Translations under genes and position numbers: made by a program
Source of the DNA: an uncultured Thermoleophilaceae bacterium
GTDB taxonomy: Bacteria; Actinomycetota; Thermoleophilia; Solirubrobacterales; Thermoleophilaceae
Direction: 5' to 3'
Assembly (NCBI GenBank): GCA_963844805.1
Contig: CAWJPU010000013.1
Location: 48,788-112,787 of the forward strand
DNA length: 64,000 nucleotides
Notes under the pieces: model-generated
What the model was told of the DNA's origin: nothing
The model's database searches: none
What the model saw: the letters and a program-made list of their open reading frames with translations, nothing else
Shown here: positions 22,609 through 31,667 of the stretch, one piece after another
How positions within the stretch are numbered: position 1 is the first letter of the stretch
How the letters are laid out: every line of letters starts with the position of its first letter

Positions 22609-23773
22609 TTACAAGTAGGCCATCGGGTTGACCGGCGAGCCGCCGACGCGCACCTCGAAATGGAGGTGGGGGCCGGTCGAGTTGCCCGGTGTTGCCGACG
22701 GCGCCGATCACCTGCCCCTGGCGCACCGACTGGCCCACCGAGACCCCGATGCGGGACTGGTGCCCGTAGCAGGTGGAGAGGCTTCCGCCGTGCTGGATGC
22801 AGGTGTAGTTGCCGTAGCCGCCGGTCATGCCCGCGATGGCGACCCGGCCCGAGTCGGCCGCGCGGATCGGCGTGCCGGTCGGTGCCGCGATGTCCTGGCC
22901 GGCGTGCAGCCGGCCCCAGCGCTGGCCGAACGGCGAGCTGAACGTGCCGTTGACCGGCATCACGAAGCGGCCGTTGCCCTTGCGGATGGGTCCCGCGCCC
23001 GACGACCCGGCGAGGCGGGCCTGCACCCGGGCGGACTCCGCCTCCAGGCTGTCGAGGTCCTTCTCCAGGCTCACGCGGGTAGCCCGCACCTTGCCGAGCG
23101 CCGACTGGCGCTGGGACCGCGCGCCGGCCAGCTCGCCGCGCGCAGCGACCAGCCGGTTGCGCGAGCTGACGAGGCTGTCGCGCTGCTGCGTGATCGCGAC
23201 GGTGGTCCGCTCCTCCTTGTCCTCCAGCACCGCCAGCTGGTCGGTCTGGCGCTTGACCTTGACGCGCAGCTTGCGCACGCGGTCGGTCACCTCGGCGTCC
23301 TGGTCGGAGATCCGGTCCAGGTACTCGGTGCGCTCGAGCAGGTCCTCGAACCCGTCGGCCTCCAGCACCACGGTGAGCGAGTCCGGCTCGTCGGACTTGT
23401 AGATCTCGACCAGCCGCTGGGACAGGACCTGGCGCGCGGTCTCCAGCTCGCTGCGCACGCGCTCCAGGCGGTCGCGGGCGACCTCCAGGCGGTCGCGCAC
23501 GCGGGCCAGCTCGGCCTGCTGGCGGGTCAGGTCGCCCTGCACGTGGGTGAGGCGCTGCGTGGTCCCGCGGATCTCGCCCTGCAGGCCGGAGATGCGGGTG
23601 TTGTAGCCGGAGATCGTCGAGGTCAGGACGCCCTCGCGGCGCTTGACCTCGCCCACCTGCGCGCGCTTCTTGTCGATCCGCTTCTGCAGGGGAGCGGTCA
23701 CTCCGGTGAACGGGATGACGAGCGAGGCCGCCAGGGAGCTGGCGGCGGCGATCCAGAAGATCTTCCGGCGCAT
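22609..23773 (-). pseudogene. M23/LytM peptidase with long N-terminal coiled coil (EnvC-like), one frame break
   Basis: MRRKIFWIAAASSLAA signal/anchor, about 250 aa of coiled coil, then HAGQDIAAPTGTP. Removing one C near 22686 restores [28 protein letters not shown]-stop at 22609. Confidence 0.85.
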
Positions 23774-23845
23774 GCGGCTGATGAGGGTGCCACAGGAAAG
23801 GCCCCGCTCAGCCGCCTGCAAGGGAGCGTGCAAGCGCTCCCTAAC

Positions 23846-24763
23846 ATGCGTGTCGTGCCCGCCCAGCGAGCCGTATTCCCCCGCGACACCGGACTGCAGG
23901 TCCGGATGGGGCTGACGCTGTTCCTGCTCGGGCTTCTCTACGTGGGCCTGGTGGCGGCCCTGCTGGCCGCCGGGACCGGCACCGCGCTGATGCTGGTGAT
24001 CGTCGGGGGGCTGGCGCTGTCGCAGCTCCTGTTCTCCGACAAGCTGGCGCTGAAGGCCATGGGCGCCAAGCAGGTCTCGCCCGAGGAGGCCCCGGGGCTG
24101 CACGCGATGATCGAGCGCCTCTGCATCCAGGCCGACCTGCCCAAGCCGAAGATCGCGGTGGCCGACACCGACGTGCCCAACGCGTTCGCCATGGGCCGCT
24201 CGCCGAAGGCCGCCACGGTGTGCGCCACCACCGGGATCATGCGCGTGCTGGAGCCGCGCGAGCTCGAGGGCGTCATGGCGCACGAGCTCTCCCACGTGAA
24301 GAACCGCGACGTCCTGATCATGACCATCGCGTCCTTCTTCGCGAGCATCGCGGCGATGATCATGCAGTTCGGCTTCTTCTTCGGCGGCGGCGCGTCCGAC
24401 GACGACGAGAACCCGAGCTTCCTCGTAGTGCTGCTGGTCTCGGCCGCGGTGTACGTCATCTCCTACTTCCTGATGCTCACCCTGTCGCGCTACCGCGAGT
24501 TCGCCGCCGACCGCGGCGCCGCGCTGGTGACCGGGCACCCGAGCGCCCTGTCGGCGGCGCTGATGAAGCTCTCGAGCGCGATGCAGCAGGTGCCGACGAC
24601 CGACCTGCGCGAGGCCGAGCGAATGAACGCCTTCTTCATCGTCCCGGCGAGCGTGAAGGGCAGCCTCAAGTCGCTGTTCGCCACCCACCCGCCGATGGAG
24701 AAGCGGATCGAGCGGCTCGCCCAGCTCGAGGCCCAGCTGCAGCGGCCGGCCGCAGCGGCCTAG
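23846..24763 (+). CDS. htpX: zinc metalloprotease HtpX (M48)
   Basis: Tail of track ORF 22628..24763. HELSHV zinc motif, four hydrophobic segments, conserved FNSDKLAL-like FSDKLALKAM. ATG 23846 chosen by N-terminal length comparison with known HtpX proteins. Confidence 0.88.
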   Translation: MRVVPAQRAVFPRDTGLQVRMGLTLFLLGLLYVGLVAALLAAGTGTALMLVIVGGLALSQLLFSDKLALKAMGAKQVSPEEAPGLHAMIERLCIQADLPKPKIAVADTDVPNAFAMGRSPKAATVCATTGIMRVLEPRELEGVMAHELSHVKNRDVLIMTIASFFASIAAMIMQFGFFFGGGASDDDENPSFLVVLLVSAAVYVISYFLMLTLSRYREFAADRGAALVTGHPSALSAALMKLSSAMQQVPTTDLREAERMNAFFIVPASVKGSLKSLFATHPPMEKRIERLAQLEAQLQRPAAAA

Positions 24764-24774
24764 GCCGGCGCCCG

Positions 24775-25344
24775 GTGGGATTCCTCGACTCGATCTTCGG
24801 CGGCAAGAGCAAGCTCGCCGCCCCGGCACCCGACCGGCTGTTCGCGATGACGACGGCCCAGGTGCACCTGGAGACCGCACTGGGTGTCAAGCACCGCGGC
24901 GCGGCCGGGATCGTGTTCCAGGCCGTCGACACCGCGGACTTCTCCACGATCCTCGCCGAGGCCGAGGAGCTGCTGCGCGGCACCGCGGAGGAGACCGGCA
25001 CGACCCTGCGCTCCTTCGACGACGAGCACGGCTACCGGTGGCTGGTGCTGGAGGATCCCGACTTCGAGGACCTCGTGGTCTCGCTCAACACCATTTCCAG
25101 CGAGCTCCAGGCGGGCGGCTACGGCGACCGGCTGCTGGCCTGCGTGTTCGCCTTCGAGGACGAGGGCCGGCCGCTGTACCTGATCTACAACTTCAAGCGC
25201 GGCACCTTCTACCCCTTCGTGCCGGCCGGCGAGAAGTCCCGCGACACCGAGCGCGAGCTGCGGCTGAAGGCGCAGATCGGCCCCGAGCTGCCGCTCGAGC
25301 CCGACACGTCACGATGGTTCCCGCTGTGGGAGATGCCGCTCTAG
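24775..25344 (+). CDS. PspAB-like PspA-associated protein (conserved hypothetical)
   Basis: GTG start 11 nt after htpX. VGFLDSIFGG...LFAMTTAQVHLE...GIVFQAVDTADF...YRWLVLEDPDFEDLV matches my recollection of the actinobacterial PspAB family. Not verified by profile search. Confidence 0.5.
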   Translation: MGFLDSIFGGKSKLAAPAPDRLFAMTTAQVHLETALGVKHRGAAGIVFQAVDTADFSTILAEAEELLRGTAEETGTTLRSFDDEHGYRWLVLEDPDFEDLVVSLNTISSELQAGGYGDRLLACVFAFEDEGRPLYLIYNFKRGTFYPFVPAGEKSRDTERELRLKAQIGPELPLEPDTSRWFPLWEMPL

Positions 25345-25931
25345 CGCGCGCGATCATCTGCGTGGCCGCGCTGCTCGCAGCGCTGCTCGCGCCCGGCTGC
25401 GGTGGCGACTCCTCGCCCGGCAAGGGCGGCGGCCGATCCGACCGCGACGCGGTCGAGGCGGCCGCGCGCAGCTACATCGTCTCCGAGCAGGCCGATGAGG
25501 AGGACCCCGAGGAGGCCGGCGCGCTGTCGTTCACCAGGGTCGACGTCCAGGGCGACTCCGCCGAGGTGGAGGCGAAGTCCAGCGCCACCGGCAACCGCTA
25601 CGAGGTCCGCCTGACCCAGTCGGGTGGCAGCTGGCGCGCCGCATCGGTGTTCACCGACCGCCCGTCGGAGCCCTCCCAGTCGGCCGACCCCTCCCAGGGC
25701 GGCGGCAAGACCGCCCCCACCGACCAAGTGGAACAGCAGATCGAGCAGCGGCTGCTGAAGCTGGTGCGGATCGAGGGCCAGGCGGAGTGCCCGCCCAAGA
25801 TCAAGATCCGGCGGGGCAACGACTTCAACTGCAAGGTCGTGGGCTCGAGCCGCCCCGTGACGATCAAGGTCACGCAGAAGGACGACCAGGGGAACCTGAG
25901 CTACAAGATCAGCGCCGGCGCCTCGCCCTAG
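25314..25931 (+). CDS. lipoprotein with DUF4333-like C-terminal domain
   Basis: Lipobox LLAPGC after a hydrophobic signal. C-terminal two-Cys module ECPPKIKIRRGNDFNCKVVG...VTIKV. Start overlaps the preceding gene. Confidence 0.6.
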   Translation: MVPAVGDAALARAIICVAALLAALLAPGCGGDSSPGKGGGRSDRDAVEAAARSYIVSEQADEEDPEEAGALSFTRVDVQGDSAEVEAKSSATGNRYEVRLTQSGGSWRAASVFTDRPSEPSQSADPSQGGGKTAPTDQVEQQIEQRLLKLVRIEGQAECPPKIKIRRGNDFNCKVVGSSRPVTIKVTQKDDQGNLSYKISAGASP

Positions 25932-26508
25932 AGCGGGTCGCGCCACATGGTCCACACGCGCGGGCCGCGCGGGAGGTCGAGCTCGCCCGTCACCCGGAAG
26001 CCGAAGCGCGAGTAGAAGGCGACGTTGCGCTCCTTGGAGGACTCGAGGTAGGCGGGGACGCCGTCGCGGTCGCACTCCTCGAGCACCGGCCCCATCAGCG
26101 CGCCGCCCAGGCCCTCGCCCTGGCGGTCGGGATCCGTGCCCAGGACGGCCAGGTACATGTGCGGCTCGCGGGGGTGCAGCTGCTCGATCTTCGCCAGCCC
26201 GTACAGGGCCAGGGGCAGCCGCCGGCCCAGGTCGCGGCTCATGGCGGGCAGCCAGCGGAGCAGCGCGCGCGGGGTGGTCCGCCAGCGGTCGGGCAGGGCC
26301 CACAGGGCCCCGCCCGCGTGGTCGTCGGTGGTCCAGACCTCCTCGTGCTCGAGGAGGTCGCGCGCCCGCAGGCGGAAGAAGTCCTCGTTGTGGACCAGGC
26401 GGGTGGCCGGCGCGGGGAACAGCCAGCGCATCACCGGGTCGTCCTCGAAAGCGCGCGCCAGCGCGCGCGCCACGGCCCCGACGTCGGCGGGCCCGGCGCG
26501 GCGGATCA
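25928..26508 (-). CDS. GNAT-family N-acetyltransferase
   Basis: AVLGTDPDRQGEGLGGALM acetyl-CoA binding motif and C-terminal FYSRFGF. TTG/ATC start region overlaps the PspAA-like stop. Confidence 0.75.
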
Positions 26509-26784
26509 ATCCGGGATCAGGCCCTCGCCGGTGAACTCGCCGCGCGCTTCGTCGAAGCTGATGTCGCGCGGGGGCAGGATCACGTCGGACTCGACCAGCT
26601 CGTCCCCCGACAGCTCGGTGCCGTCGGTCACCACCAGCTCGAGCATCTGGCTCCACAGCTCGCGGAAGCCCGTCTCGTCGCCTTGCTCGGCGGCGGCCAC
26701 GGCGCGGTTGTCCAGCTCGTTGAGGCGCTCGGCGTCGGAGTCGGGCAGCTCGTACTGCCCCTCGCCCGAGACACGGACGATCAC
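26506..26784 (-). CDS. PspAA-like PspA-associated small protein
   Basis: 92-aa acidic protein MIVRVSGEGQYELPD.... GTG start overlaps the pspA stop (GTGA). Matches my recollection of the PspAA family found just downstream of actinobacterial pspA. Confidence 0.6.
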   Translation of the reverse strand: MIVRVSGEGQYELPDSDAERLNELDNRAVAAAEQGDETGFRELWSQMLELVVTDGTELSGDELVESDVILPPRDISFDEARGEFTGEGLIPD

Positions 26785-27533
26785 GCCCCACCCTCCTCGA
26801 TCGCCTTCTTGTCCCCATCCTCGCCGGGACCGATCTCGGCCTTCATCTTGGCCAGCTCGTCGTCCACCTGGCTGCCGGCGCCCAGCTGCTCGAGCTCGCG
26901 GTCGATGTCGTCCTGCGGCGGGCCGAGCTGGGTGATGTCGTCGAACGTGCCCGCGGCCTCCAGCTCCTCCACCGCCCCTGCCCGCGCTCGCATCTGCTCG
27001 GTCTTGTCCTCGGCGCGCTGCATCGCGAGCCCGAGGTCGGCCATCTCCTCGCCCACCCCGCTGGCGGCCTCGCCGATCTTCACCTGGGCCTCGGCGGCCG
27101 AGTACTGCGCCTTGATGACCTCCTTCTTGGTCCGGAAGGCCTCGATCTTCTGGCGCAGCTTGCGCTCGTTCTCGGTGAGCTTCTCCTGCTGCTGCTCGAG
27201 CTCGGCGACCTGGGCGTCCAGCGACTGCAGCTCGGTCTGGGCCAGCGTCTTGCGCTCCAGGGCGGCGCGGGCCAGGTCCTCGCGGCCCTGCGACAGCGCC
27301 TGCCGCGCCTGGGTGTCGAGCTTGACCACCTGCTGCTCGAGCTTCTGAGACTGCATCTGCAGGCGCTTCTTGGAGGTCACCACGTCGGCGATCCCCTTCT
27401 TGACGTTCTGCAGAAGCTCGAGCTGCTTCTGGTAGCCGTAGTCGAGCGTCTCGCCCGGGTCCTCGGCCCGGTCGAGGAGCCTCGAGATCTTCGACTTGAT
27501 CACCGTCGACATCCGGCCGCCGAGTCCGGCCAT
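26781..27533 (-). CDS. pspA: PspA/IM30 family protein (phage shock protein A)
   Basis: Coiled-coil protein MAGLGGRMSTVIKSKISRLLDRAEDPGETLDYGYQKQLE.... AGGAGG 6 nt upstream of the ATG at 27533 (internal Met of track ORF 26781..27668). Confidence 0.9.
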   Translation of the reverse strand: MAGLGGRMSTVIKSKISRLLDRAEDPGETLDYGYQKQLELLQNVKKGIADVVTSKKRLQMQSQKLEQQVVKLDTQARQALSQGREDLARAALERKTLAQTELQSLDAQVAELEQQQEKLTENERKLRQKIEAFRTKKEVIKAQYSAAEAQVKIGEAASGVGEEMADLGLAMQRAEDKTEQMRARAGAVEELEAAGTFDDITQLGPPQDDIDRELEQLGAGSQVDDELAKMKAEIGPGEDGDKKAIEEGGA

Positions 27534-27622
27534 GTCATCTCCTCCTGAAGTTCGCCTGGCCTGCGTCCCGCAGACTAGATGAGGCCACGCCCCGCCCGGG
27601 GGCAGCGCGCGCACGCGCCCGG

Positions 27623-27652
27623 AAAAATTCGTCAGCGGCCTGACGAATTTCT
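27623..27652 (-). terminator. AT-flanked perfect hairpin, candidate bidirectional intrinsic terminator (or operator) between the lipoprotein gene and pspA
   Basis: AAATTCGTCAG-cggc-CTGACGAATTT (27625..27650). On the minus strand the stem is followed by TTTTTCC. Confidence 0.55.
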
Positions 27653-27696
27653 TGGACGGGGAGCGCACTTCGGCCCCACCCCGGGCGGCCGGGGCC

Positions 27697-28158
27697 CTAG
27701 ATGACGTCGCCCTCCTCCTCGGACGGCTCGGGCAGCTGCCGCCACTCGCTGAAGCGCCCGCCGCGAAAGCGGAAGCGCACGCGGGCGTCGCCCCCGCAGG
27801 CCTGCGCGGGCCCCGTGCCGGGTCGCAGCCGGAAGGCCGCCACCACCGAGCCGCCCTCGCGCTCCACGTCGGTCACGTCGGCCCGGCAGGGCAGGCTGCG
27901 GTTGAACTCCTCGGCGGCCCTGTGGTCCCGCAGGCGGAACTCGCGCACCTGCTCGACCACGGCGCCGCGAACGAAGAAGCCCGCCGCCTCGTCGTAGTCG
28001 CCGCGGTTGACCGCCGCGCTCCAGCCGCGGATCGCCCGCTCCTCGGCCGAGCCGGACGGCGGCGGAGCGTCGAGCTTGGGCTCGGGATCGTCGCCGCCGC
28101 AGCCGGCGAGCAGCAGCGCGGCCAGCACGACGGCGGCCGGCGCGACGGCGCGCTTCAC
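27697..28158 (-). CDS. lipoprotein, unknown function
   Basis: Intact 153-aa ORF. Signal plus lipobox LLLAGC. GTG start overlaps the ctaG stop (GTGA). Confidence 0.7.
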   Translation of the reverse strand: MKRAVAPAAVVLAALLLAGCGGDDPEPKLDAPPPSGSAEERAIRGWSAAVNRGDYDEAAGFFVRGAVVEQVREFRLRDHRAAEEFNRSLPCRADVTDVEREGGSVVAAFRLRPGTGPAQACGGDARVRFRFRGGRFSEWRQLPEPSEEEGDVI

Positions 28159-28961
28159 GACGCGGCGGCCGCGGTGCGCTCCGCGCGGTCGTGATCGACC
28201 GCCGAGCGCCAGAAGAAGAAGCCGAGCGCGAACAGCATGATCGCCACGTCCAGGGTCAGCATCAGGCCTCCGGCCAGCTGCTGGTCCTCGAGCGGCGTGA
28301 GTCCGTGGGCGCGGGCGCGGTCACCGTAGAACCCTGCGTACGCCGGCGCCCTGAGGATCAGGAACGCCATCCCGAGCATCATCCCGGCCAGCCGCGCCCC
28401 CAGCAGGTGGCCGATCTTCCACAGCTCGCCGTGCAGGCGCGCGCGCTTGGGCTCGAGCACCGGCCACCACACCAGCAGGCTCGCCACCACGAAGGACTCG
28501 TGCTGCAGGGCGTGGATCAGGTCGTTGTTCAGCGCACCCTCGAAGGCGAAGGAGAAATGCCAGCCGTAGAGCGTGATCACCCACAGCGAGATCGCGGGGA
28601 TCGGCTTGCGCACGAAGCGAAAGACCGCACGCAGCCGCTGGTTGCGGGCCAGCGACACCAGCGCCGGCCGCGGCAGGAAGTGCACCAGCACGGGCGTGCG
28701 CAGCCCCACCAGCAGCAGGGGCGCCGCCAGATCGGCGATCAGCAGGTGCTGGGCCATGTGGGCGAACAGCAGCTCCTCGCCCAGCCCGTCGACCGGCGAC
28801 AGCAGGCCGATGGCGGTCAGCCCCCACCCGGCGTGCCACGCGACCTGCTGCCAGGTCCCGACGCGCCACCCGCGGCGGCGGAGCTTGACCACCGCGCGCA
28901 CGTAGAGCGCCTCGACCAGCAGCAGGCCGGCTATGACGGCGGGGTCGAAGGAGAAGCCCAC
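28155..28961 (-). CDS. ctaG: cytochrome c oxidase assembly factor CtaG (caa3 type)
   Basis: Intact 268-aa polytopic membrane protein. FAHMAQHLLIADLAAPLLLVG and WHFSF...ALQHESF motifs typical of the Caa3_CtaG family. Confidence 0.8.
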   Translation of the reverse strand: MGFSFDPAVIAGLLLVEALYVRAVVKLRRRGWRVGTWQQVAWHAGWGLTAIGLLSPVDGLGEELLFAHMAQHLLIADLAAPLLLVGLRTPVLVHFLPRPALVSLARNQRLRAVFRFVRKPIPAISLWVITLYGWHFSFAFEGALNNDLIHALQHESFVVASLLVWWPVLEPKRARLHGELWKIGHLLGARLAGMMLGMAFLILRAPAYAGFYGDRARAHGLTPLEDQQLAGGLMLTLDVAIMLFALGFFFWRSAVDHDRAERTAAAAS

Positions 28962-28974
28962 GACCCCTCAGAGG

Positions 28975-30276
28975 CTACGCCGCAGCGGGCTCCTTATCCC
29001 CCTCGGAGTCACCGACGGACGAGCCCTCGGCGGTGCCCGGAGCCTGCTCGAGCACGTGCTCCTCCTCGGCCGCGACGCGATCGCGGTACTCCTTGCGCTG
29101 CATCCGGGAGATGACCAGCCGCTGCACCTGGGCCGTGCCCTCGAACAGCTGGTAGATCTTCGCGTCGCGGAAGTACTTCTCCAGCGGGCAGTCGGTGGTC
29201 TGGGCGTAGGGGCCCACCAGGTCCATCAGGGTGGTTGTCGCCCACATGGCCACATCGCCGGCCTTGAGCTTGGACATCGAGCCCTGGCCGCCGGTCATCG
29301 CTATGCCGTTGCGGCCCATCCAGGCGGCGCGCCACACCAGCAGGCGCGAAGCCTCGATCTCGGTCGCCACGTCGGCGAGCACCTGCTGCACACGCTGCTG
29401 CTCGAGCAGCGGTCCGTGCTCGTCAGACTTGTCCTCGAGGTACTCCAGCGTCCACTCGTAGGCGGCCTGCGCGATGCCCAGCGCCGAGGCGCCGACCATC
29501 GGGCGGGTGATCTCGAAGGTGGCCAGCGCGTTGGAGGCGCCGCCCGACTGCCCGGAGCGGGCGCGCTCGAGCTTGCGCTCCAGCTTCTCCATCCCGCCGA
29601 GCAGGTTGTCCAGCGGGATCCGGCAGTCCTCGAGCACCAGCTCCGCGGTCTGCGAAGCGCGGATGCCGATCTTGTCCTCCTTCTTGCCCTGGGCCAGCCC
29701 GGGGGTGTCCTTGGGGACGATGAAGGAAGCCTGGCCGCGGTGGCCGAGCTCGGGGTCGACGGTGGCGACGACGACGTTGACGTCGGCGATGCCGCCGTTG
29801 GAGATGAAGACCTTGGTCCCGTTGAGGACCCACTCGTCACCGTCGCGCTTGGCGGTGGTGCGGAGCGACTTCACGTCCGAGCCCGCGCCGGCCTCGGTGA
29901 CGGCGTACGCGCCGAGCTTGATCTCGTCGCCCTCGCCGAAGCACTCGGGCAGCCAGCGGCCGATCTGCTCGGGCGTGCCCGAGGCGGCGATGCCGGCGGC
30001 GGCCAGCGAGGAGGCCGAGATGGCGAGCGCGATGCCCGCGCAGCCCCAGTGCAGCTCCTCCGCGTAGATGACGCCCAGCAGGCCGTCGGGGTCGGTGCCC
30101 ATCTTGGTGATGTGGTCGAGGCCGTGCAGGTTCCACTCGCGGGCGGCCTTGATGGCCTCCCACGGCACGGACTGCTCGCGGTCGTACTCGTCGGCCATGG
30201 GGCGGATGACCTCTTGCGCGAAGCGGCGGCAGTGCCGCTGGAACTCGAGCTGTTCGTCGTTGAGCTTGAAGTCCAC
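28975..30276 (-). CDS. acyl-CoA dehydrogenase
   Basis: Intact from GTG 30276 (VDFKLNDEQLEF...). TEAGAGSD, GTKVFISNG and C-terminal QLFEGTAQVQRLVI. Confidence 0.9.
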   Translation of the reverse strand: MDFKLNDEQLEFQRHCRRFAQEVIRPMADEYDREQSVPWEAIKAAREWNLHGLDHITKMGTDPDGLLGVIYAEELHWGCAGIALAISASSLAAAGIAASGTPEQIGRWLPECFGEGDEIKLGAYAVTEAGAGSDVKSLRTTAKRDGDEWVLNGTKVFISNGGIADVNVVVATVDPELGHRGQASFIVPKDTPGLAQGKKEDKIGIRASQTAELVLEDCRIPLDNLLGGMEKLERKLERARSGQSGGASNALATFEITRPMVGASALGIAQAAYEWTLEYLEDKSDEHGPLLEQQRVQQVLADVATEIEASRLLVWRAAWMGRNGIAMTGGQGSMSKLKAGDVAMWATTTLMDLVGPYAQTTDCPLEKYFRDAKIYQLFEGTAQVQRLVISRMQRKEYRDRVAAEEEHVLEQAPGTAEGSSVGDSEGDKEPAAA

Positions 30277-30390
30277 GGGGTGTGAGTCCCTCCAGAAATC
30301 GTTGAGCGGCGGTGCTCGGCCGGCCAACGCCCGGCCTGCGCTCCGGCGCTATGTCGGTGTCACGCCCGGGCGCGAGCGGCACCGGGGGTC

Positions 30391-30408
30391 ATTGACTGAC
30401 CAGTCAAT
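30391..30408. promoter_or_regulatory. palindromic operator candidate ATTGACTG-AC-CAGTCAAT
   Basis: 8-bp perfect arms in the divergent region between the acyl-CoA dehydrogenase gene and 30458(+). Same TTGACT-N4-AGTCAA core recurs at 62302..62319. Confidence 0.45.
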
Positions 30409-30457
30409 CCACTTGAAAGACTACCGCGAGTAAGGACGAAAGACCAGCCCCACCGGC

Positions 30458-31667
30458 TTGAGGCGGCCAAGACGCCAGCTACCCTCCGCCGCGCCGGTGA
30501 ACCGCCCCAGCCTCCTGAGCGCCGCCCTCCTCGCCTCGCTCGCCCTGGCGGGCTGCAGCGTCGGCGACGACGCCGGCCGCCCGCCGCAGCTCGGCGCGAG
30601 CTCGGACGACGAGGAGGCCGCGGCCAAGCTCGGCTTCCCAGCGTCGGCGACCAAGAACACGGTTCGCGTGGGCGGCGGCGACGCAGCGGCCGACGCCGCC
30701 GGGGTGGCCAGCGCGGTCTTCCCCGCCGTCAACGCCTCCAGCCGCCCGACGGCGGTGGTCCTCGCCGACACCGACGACTGGCAGGGAGCGGTGACCGCCT
30801 CTGTGCTCGCCGCCTCGCCCATCGGGGCGCCGATCCTGCTCTCCGACGGAGGCGACCTGCCCTCGGCCAGCGCCGACACGCTGGACCGCCTCGAGCCCAA
30901 GGGCTCCGACCTCTCCAAGGACGCGCAGGTCATCCGCATCGGCGACACGCCGCCCAAGCCCAGCGGGCTGAAGACCGCGGTGATCGAGGGCAAGGACCCC
31001 TACGAGCGCGCCGCCGCGATCGACCGCTTCGCCTCGGCCGCCAAGGGCCGGCCCTCCAACGACCTGATGGTGGTCTCCGGGGAGCGCCCCGACTGGGCGA
31101 TGCCCGCCGCGGCGTGGGCCGCCCGCAAGGGCGACTCGATCCTGCTGACCCGGCGCGACGCCGTGCCCGCCGCGACGCGCAAGGCGATCGAGTCCCACGA
31201 CAAGCCCAACATCTTCATCGTCGGCTCGAAGGCGGTCATCTCGCCCAACGTCCAGAAGCAGCTGACCGAGCTGGGCAAGGTCAGGCGCATCGAGGGCCCG
31301 ACGCCGGTGCAGAACGCGATCGCCTTCGCCCGCTACGACCAGGGCGACTTCGGCTGGGACGTGAACGTTCCCGGGCTACAACTTCACGCTGGCCAGCACC
31401 ACCCGGCCCGCCGACGCGGCGGCTGCCGCCTCACTGGCCACCCGGGGCGTGTTCGCGCCGCTGCTGGTGACCAACCGCGCCGACCAGCTGCCCAAGCCGC
31501 TCGAGGCGTACTTCCTCAGCGTGCAGCCCGGCTACGAGGAAGACCCGGGCGAGGCGGTCTACAACCGCGTGTGGATCCTGGGCGACGACAAGGTGTTCTC
31601 GCTCAACGCCCAGACCCGCCTGGACCAGATCACCGAGCTGATCCCGGTCCAGGTCAACGCGCCCTAG
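30458..31667 (+). pseudogene. lipoprotein with three putative cell-wall-binding (CWB2-like) repeats, one frame break
   Basis: Lipobox LALAGC. Repeated units ...RVGGGDAAADAAGVASAVF..., ...GKDPYERAAAIDRF..., ...GPTPVQNAIAFARY.... Break near 31375. C-terminus in ORF 31449..31667. Confidence 0.65.
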
